64,000 bases of DNA from Eledone cirrhosa (taxonomy: Eukaryota): NCBI GenBank assembly GCA_964016885.1, contig OZ024740.1, forward strand, positions 325,004,001-325,068,000. The letters are read 5' to 3'. Of the stretch, positions 57,056-64,000 are shown one piece after another. Made by a program: the position numbers and the translations under genes. Position 1 is the stretch's first letter. Every line of letters begins with the position of its first letter. A model generated the notes under the pieces. It was not told the origin of the DNA. It saw nothing but the letters and a program-made list of their open reading frames with translations, and ran no database searches.

Positions 57056-59789
57056 AACATATATATTTCTTTTAAGCTGAGTCCTTGCTGTTATATTTCA
57101 AACGATTTTTGAAAAATGATATCTGTACTAACTTCCTGCCTTGAAGATTTTTCATCTTAATGTCAAAACCAGCATTAATATTAAAGTAAATTTTGAATAG
57201 AATACGGCGTCAGTAAGTAGCTAATATGTAATTATTGAAATTGATAAAGTCTGGTCACGAACCGTGGAGTAAAGTGATGTCTGACAATTCATGGCAGGGA
57301 TAATGCTTTTTGAAGAAAGACAAAGTAAACTTCGGTTGACCAAAGATAACAATTCTATAATGAAACTGGAAAAGAATTCTTTAAGAAATTGGAAATCTTT
57401 ATTCAACAAATTCCAATCAAATTATATAATATTTGCAATAAGCAAAAAAAAGAATTAAATAAGGAAAGTGAGGGAACAGGGCGGAAGGAGCTGTATATTC
57501 TACACTTGGGTCTTGAGCCTATATCTTAGCAGAGCCTCGGTGACGAAATGGCAAAAGTGTTGTCATGGAGAACAGCCAGCCATGCGCGCTATATTAGCCA
57601 TTCCACCTCACGAGAATTCTTTCTCAGACGGGATGCGTTTTCTCAAATTTTATGGAGGAAAACGACAATTCCAGAACAGAGGACATCAAAGTTTTGATGG
57701 CGACCGGAACAGAAAGAAAACTGTTGATTAAGCCTCGGTATTTTGATATTTTCCCCTCTCTCCTCTTTTACGGACGCCAATGCCCGGATTAGTGGCCTAA
57801 ATGCTTTCTGTATTCTACTGTAACCATCACTAGTTTTCTCAAGTTGTTTTCCTGTTATTTGATCCTATTCTATTGCTTCAGCTGAGATATTGCTTTTGTA
57901 CAGTGTAAGGAAAGGGACAATGCGCATGACTTTTGATCTGTTGAGTTTCTACTTAAACAATTGTAAATTGACTCCCGTAGGAAATACATAAATAGGGGTT
58001 TATATGCAGGAACAGCTTGTGCGCGGTTGGTGTATGGCCTAGACATAACAGGGGTAGTGAGAAGAGCAGAGGTCAGTAAATACAGAATGCTCCAGTGCTT
58101 TGCTTGGATTAGTTACTTATAGAAAGATTCAATTCTTTTGCGGGTTTTCACAACATAGCAAGTTGTCTAAAATTATTTCAGATATGTCTACCATCTATTT
58201 ACATTTCTATCTAATTGAAAGATTACTTAGGAGAGTGATAACTGTTACCTCCAATAAGTCCAGTCTTTCTTCCTCGTTCTGGAAATGAAACAGGATTGTA
58301 AGGGATTGGTGAGTTTGGGCGAGGAAATGTGTAATGCATATCACTTAGACGCTGCGCTAACCATAAATGTGGCTGACGTGAAATATGGCACTCTGGTGAA
58401 GCTATGACAGATCTAACAAACCACGAGTGGATTTTAGGTTGATCAAAGTAAATCACAAAAGAAATAACTGAGTGAATTGTTGACATTTCTACAATTTAAT
58501 TAACATATTTCAATGATCTTCAAGTGGAAACCTTTTTTATTTAATTCAATATTGTGCAAAAATCGGAGAATTTTAAGCTTTTAAAATTAATATAAAAAGG
58601 AAAATACCAGATCAAGCAAAGTTTCCTTTGATTCTTCTGTTGCTCAGTCGTAAAACGTCGTAGAAGGAGGCAGGATACGAAACCAGAACGCTTAAAGTCG
58701 GATCAACTACTGCAAAATATCCGTCAGAGATTTTAACAATTCCACCAACTCAACTACTCAGGACTGCTACTTTATTTATAGATTCTGAACTAATGAAAGG
58801 CAAATATGAATTCAACGAGATTTGAACTTAGAGCACATTCAGCTTGAACAAATAACAAGATATTTAATTCAACACTATAATGATTCTGTCAACTCACCGA
58901 CTGATTTAATATAAAGTTTAATATAACGTAGATTGAATCAATCAAACTCCAATAGAGAAATATTTCTAAACATATTAAACAAACGTAAGCAGGAGTGTAT
59001 CTTTGGGAATGGAGCCACAGTTTAAATAAATTAAAAAAACAAATCCGAACGACGACATTAATTGAACAATTATCATTAGTAATGTAGCAATAACTAATCT
59101 ATGGAATTGCAGAATGTAATAACGTCTTAAGTGAAATCAACGTGATGTTACCAGAACTAGAAATATTGGCCAAGTTATAACGCTATCTCTGTCTTTGGAA
59201 CTGCAGAATCAACGTAAAAATAGAAGCCATGTCTCTTATTGCACTCTTAGATTACCAATTATCTTGGAAAAATTGATAATAAAGGGCATCCTAATATATA
59301 CGGCTTCTATGTTTATGTTAGTTCATATTATATAGTTACATACTTACATTTAAGTAAGTGCCGTACTAAGAGTGAGAAATGAAATTTCGTTTCATTCTAT
59401 TCCATTTATCGTTGTCGGTGTGCCCGACCGACTGAACTCACTCGATATGCAAATTAGGCTGCTCAACCGTTAATATGCATAAGGAAAGTATATACTTTCA
59501 GACGTTCAACCACATTGCAGGAAGGTGTACGATGCTGACGATAGCTAATAAGCTTGAAACTAGTACATCGTTCCTGTGTCAGTGTTGAGCAAAAGGGTGA
59601 CGTGGTTGCCTAAACACTGTACGGCGTAATTCGGGCTGTTTATTTGTATATAAACAAACAAACCAAGCATTATAATAAATGTTCGGTAAACCGATACGTG
59701 CATGTATATATGTGTGCATGTATGTATATATATACATACTACTGTACGTCTGTATACATATATGTATGTACGTATACATACATACTTAC

Positions 59790-59840
<51 letters not shown>

Positions 59841-60036
59841 TTAGTTAAGCAAAACAAGACCACACATTTCACAAGGAAGACATTATTAAAAGATTGTCAA
59901 CATATTTTAGTTTGATTTTGAGAATAATAATAATAATAATAATAATATTAATAATAATTGTTTCTACTTAAGTCACAAGGCCAGCAATTACCCAGTGTAT
60001 TACTGGTACTTTATTTTATCGACCCCGATAATGTCC

Positions 60037-60155
60037 GTTTACAATTGTTTCGCTACTCCATATAATATTTCTGGATCAAATGACTATATATCATTATTGA
60101 TCTGGTTCAGTTGAAATTAATTAACATAGTTAAAGATAGAGCGGCTCTTCGGAAC
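60037..60155 (-). ncRNA. Hammerhead with C4 core variant and long stem II
   Basis: gtt-CCGAAGA-gccgctctat...atggagtagc-GAAA-caattg-TA-aac; palindrome ACAATTGT. Confidence 0.65.
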
Positions 60156-60601
60156 TTCAAAGGAATATAAATTAAAATAAATGTCTTCCTTGTGAAATTT
60201 GAGGTCTTGTTTTGCTTAACTAATGAATATTTCCAGCTCTGTGCGCCTAATTTCTGCATGAACCCAGCCACCTAGCTGCTTTCCACTACATATTGCACAT
60301 TGAGCACATGCCTTTACGATTTGGCTTCTAACTAATTCACCAATCTCTCCTCTCCTATCTCCATCTCTCTCTTTAAAATTGGTTACTCTTGAACTGTATA
60401 TATATATATCTTATATATATATGTATATACATACATATATATGTATATATATACACATACATATATATATACACACATATATACACACACACAAACATAT
60501 ATATATATATATGTGTGTGTGTGTGTATGTGTGTGTTTATGTATATAAATATATATATATGTATATATATATATGTATGAATGTATGTATGTGTGTATGC
60601 C

Positions 60602-61205
60602 AGGACACCAGTTGTGCTACTGGTAACATGTATCCCAGTACAACCTGTCTCATGGTCGGGTTGTTGGTGACTAAACTGGCAACCCCACCAAGGTTTCTTG
60701 GTGAGGAGGGTGACTTTGGACATCCTACAGGACTAAAAACAAAACCTGTCAAAGGGCAAAGGAGCTCTTAAGAGTCAATGGCCATCCAAAATCACCGGGA
60801 GAGATGACCCCTTAGCCTTTGTCAAGGCAGAATTCTAGGAGAATGAAAACTCTGATATAACACCTGCAACCCTGATGGTATCCAATGATGTTGACTTGTT
60901 CTTCTTTTTGGTAAATATCATCTTGGTTAAGAGAGTGGGACTGGCTTTGTGCAGTGCCTTTGCTCACTATAAAAGCTTCACGGCACAGGCATTGCTTTAT
61001 ATCTGGAGATCTCTCTGCACTCGTCGTCACATGATACCATGGGCCCAGCACTGTGTCAATAATTGTCACAAGTGTAGTGTTTGTACCAGAGTTTTCAAAT
61101 CACTGGCTGGACTAAAAAGTCACACTCGTTCAGCGCATCGGTAGGGGTTCTCCTACATGGATATAAAGTAGTGGCCGTACTCGAAAACGAATTGGCAGCC
61201 ACCAT
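60602..61205 (+). mobile_element. About 605-bp RTE-derived non-autonomous retroposon, copy 2
   Basis: Matches 33921-34528; retains the C2H2 remnant CSVCTRVFKSLAGLKSHTRSAH. Confidence 0.85.
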
Positions 61206-61386
61206 GTATATAAAGATATATATATACGTATATAAGCTAATTTGAGGTGTAAACAATATATTTAAAATATATATATCGATAATGTTTCTTTGTATAAAGC
61301 TCAATAAACCTCTGTTCAGAGTATCTATAATATAAGTAGAAACGATATATAACAGGATATATCAATATATGATAGAAAGACTTAAA

Positions 61387-61510
61387 CATACTGATGAAGG
61401 AAATCGCGGTGTTAAAATTTTTTTCAAAAATCGATTATTGGTGATCGATAATAATTACTGTGATCGAAGGTTAACATTCCATTTCCTTTCTATTTTCCGA
61501 TCTGTCTATG
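61387..61510 (+). ncRNA. Probable decayed hammerhead (GAAA box partly deleted)
   Basis: cata-CTGATGA-aggaaat...ttttcc-GA-tctg-TC-tatg. Confidence 0.4.
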
Positions 61511-61576
61511 AAAGTATATCACACTGTAAGATATAGAAGTATGTATTTAAATTTGTATTTAAATTTACATATTATT

Positions 61577-61614
<38 letters not shown>

Positions 61615-62008
61615 AAATGTCAGTTTGTTTCTCTATACATATCATGGAATAGGTATAAAAAAATGTTTTTATTCCAATATGTACACGATGATTTACACAA
61701 ATAATTATTCATATAAATACATTGAATAAATCACTTGGCTATCAAAAGAAAACTATCATAAGTAAGATTTACAATACATTTGTGTGTATTCGTATGTGTG
61801 CATAATTATCAGGAATAAGTATATATATAACATATCCATAAACATATGACAAAACTTATATAGATATATAGATCTGGGAGTTTGTGTGCAAGTGTGTATG
61901 TGTGTGTGCTTATGACTATACACACACACACACTGATATATATATATATATATATATTATGCATCTGTGTGTGTGTATGTATATATATATATGTGTATAT
62001 ATATATAA

Positions 62009-62062
<54 letters not shown>

Positions 62063-62100
62063 TTCTTTGCATGTTGGTATATCTCATATGTTTGTGTATG

Positions 62101-62234
<134 letters not shown>

Positions 62235-62813
62235 ACTTCTCCTTATCAGTGAGTGTTTGTGTATACGTATGTGTTTCTGCAATTGGTCACGTAAATATTT
62301 AGAATATACAGTACAGCTAGACTGTGTTTAACACACCATTGCAAGATCAGTTAAGATGGCTGTATTTAAGAAACCCATTTATTAAAGTACTTGAAAGAAT
62401 TCCCACAGTTGTTTGTATCATTATTAAATACATACATATATATATACATATATATACATACATATATATATATATATATTCATAAATATATATACACACA
62501 TATATATATATCCATAAATATATATACACAGATATATATATATATATCCATAAATATATATATATATATAGGTGTGTGTGTGTGTGTGTCTGTGCGTGCG
62601 TTTGTGTATATGTGTGTGTAAAGTTATCTCCAATATTAAGAATGCGCTACATTGAATCTCGCTTTATGCTCTCGTATCACCTTCACCTTTGATACAACTT
62701 CTAATCTAAGGTCTTTGTCTTTCTATTGTTAGTATTACTGTCACTGTTGTTGTTAAATTGTTTTTAATGTTACTATTCCGTTTGTTCTTCTGCGCCATCT
62801 TGATCTCGTACTT

Positions 62814-62876
<63 letters not shown>

Positions 62877-63095
62877 GTTTATAAGTATTTATACATTTTT
62901 ATATGTTTTATAGTTATGGGTATTTTTATGGCTATTTTTTTGTATTTTATCTCACAGCTCTCGAATGAACTTTTTATCCATTGATGGTTCCTTTATGAAT
63001 GCTCAAGCGGAAATATTTGACAACACCCTGTTTCTATCAATGCATACCAAAGTATCACTGTATGAATGTATTAATGTATGCATCTTTAGCTCCAG

Positions 63096-63126
<31 letters not shown>

Positions 63127-63147
63127 GTTGAATAAATGAACATATAC

Positions 63148-63205
<58 letters not shown>

Positions 63206-63363
63206 TCTATCTATGAATACACATAAATACGTATATATACGCATAGACACATACGAAATCTTTAAATGTTTCCGTTTAATGATCCTGTCTATATATATTG
63301 GCACCTGATATCCTGAAATATATATATATGTATAAGCACATTTACATATACATATATATATTC

Positions 63364-63436
<73 letters not shown>

Positions 63437-64000
63437 CATACACACATACACACACACATCTGTCTATTATATTTATTCGTCTGTGCGTTAAATCTTTGCT
63501 TGCAATGGTTCTGAATGTTTCCTCTGATTTTGAACCATGAATATTTAAACATTTCTCGCTGATTTACATATGTTTACAGACTCATCTATGTGTGAGTGTG
63601 TCGGAGCCGATCAAGGATGTAGAAATGTGCTGTTTTTCGATAATCTTCTGTGTATGGCCATGTGTGTGTGTCTGGGTATACTTTTTCTATGTGTATATAT
63701 AAAATGTTTGAATGTATATAATTGTGTGATTCTGTCTATGTACGTATGGCGGTCTATGTGAATATAGTAGTGTTTTTTTTTCTTGATACTTCGCCTAACA
63801 TTTGGTCGTGTTTCCGTAAGTGTGTGTGAGTGCGGCAAGTTATTCTCTGTGTATGTGTGTATTTGTGTGGAGTTTCTACTAACAACTAGTTGCGTATGTA
63901 ATAGTTGTGTTTGTACGTATGTATTTAAATATGCTTATGTATGTTGTGTGTATGTGTGTAAATTGTTGTGTGTGTTTATTTATGGGAGGGGTGTCCATCG

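Noticed and set aside
57468-57731. 87-aa ORF as a host exon
   Set aside because: No recognisable domain or clear splice signals.
60875-61144. Host C2H2 zinc-finger gene
   Set aside because: It is a single finger inside a repeated RTE-derived element.

Overview
AT-rich, microsatellite-saturated eukaryotic DNA. The SINE, RTE and (TA)n/(CA)n/(GA)n repertoire points to a coleoid cephalopod such as Octopus (inference). I cannot support any host protein-coding exon, and nearly all ORF-track entries are microsatellite artefacts. The window is a transposon graveyard dominated by Penelope-like retroelements (PLEs; RT plus C-terminal GIY-YIG). There are at least 8 decayed coding remnants of two types, one with a CxC-x5-C linker (Hydra-clade-like) and one Neptune-like, almost all embedded in (TA)n. 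It also holds RTE LINE remnants, tRNA-derived SINEs, a non-autonomous Helitron, a mariner relic and several MITEs. The main signal is about 20 type I minimal hammerhead-ribozyme (HHR) motifs from many families. They sit in PLE pseudo-LTRs and in short non-coding, retrozyme-like cassettes between (TA)n tracts. They show palindromic stem III, compensatory stem changes between copies, recurrent core variants (U3-A8, C4) and inverted copies of the 3' tail at the 5' end. One pLTR also carries a tandem E2F/E-box/CCAAT/CHR-like promoter module. All folds and alignments were done by eye, and boundaries are approximate.
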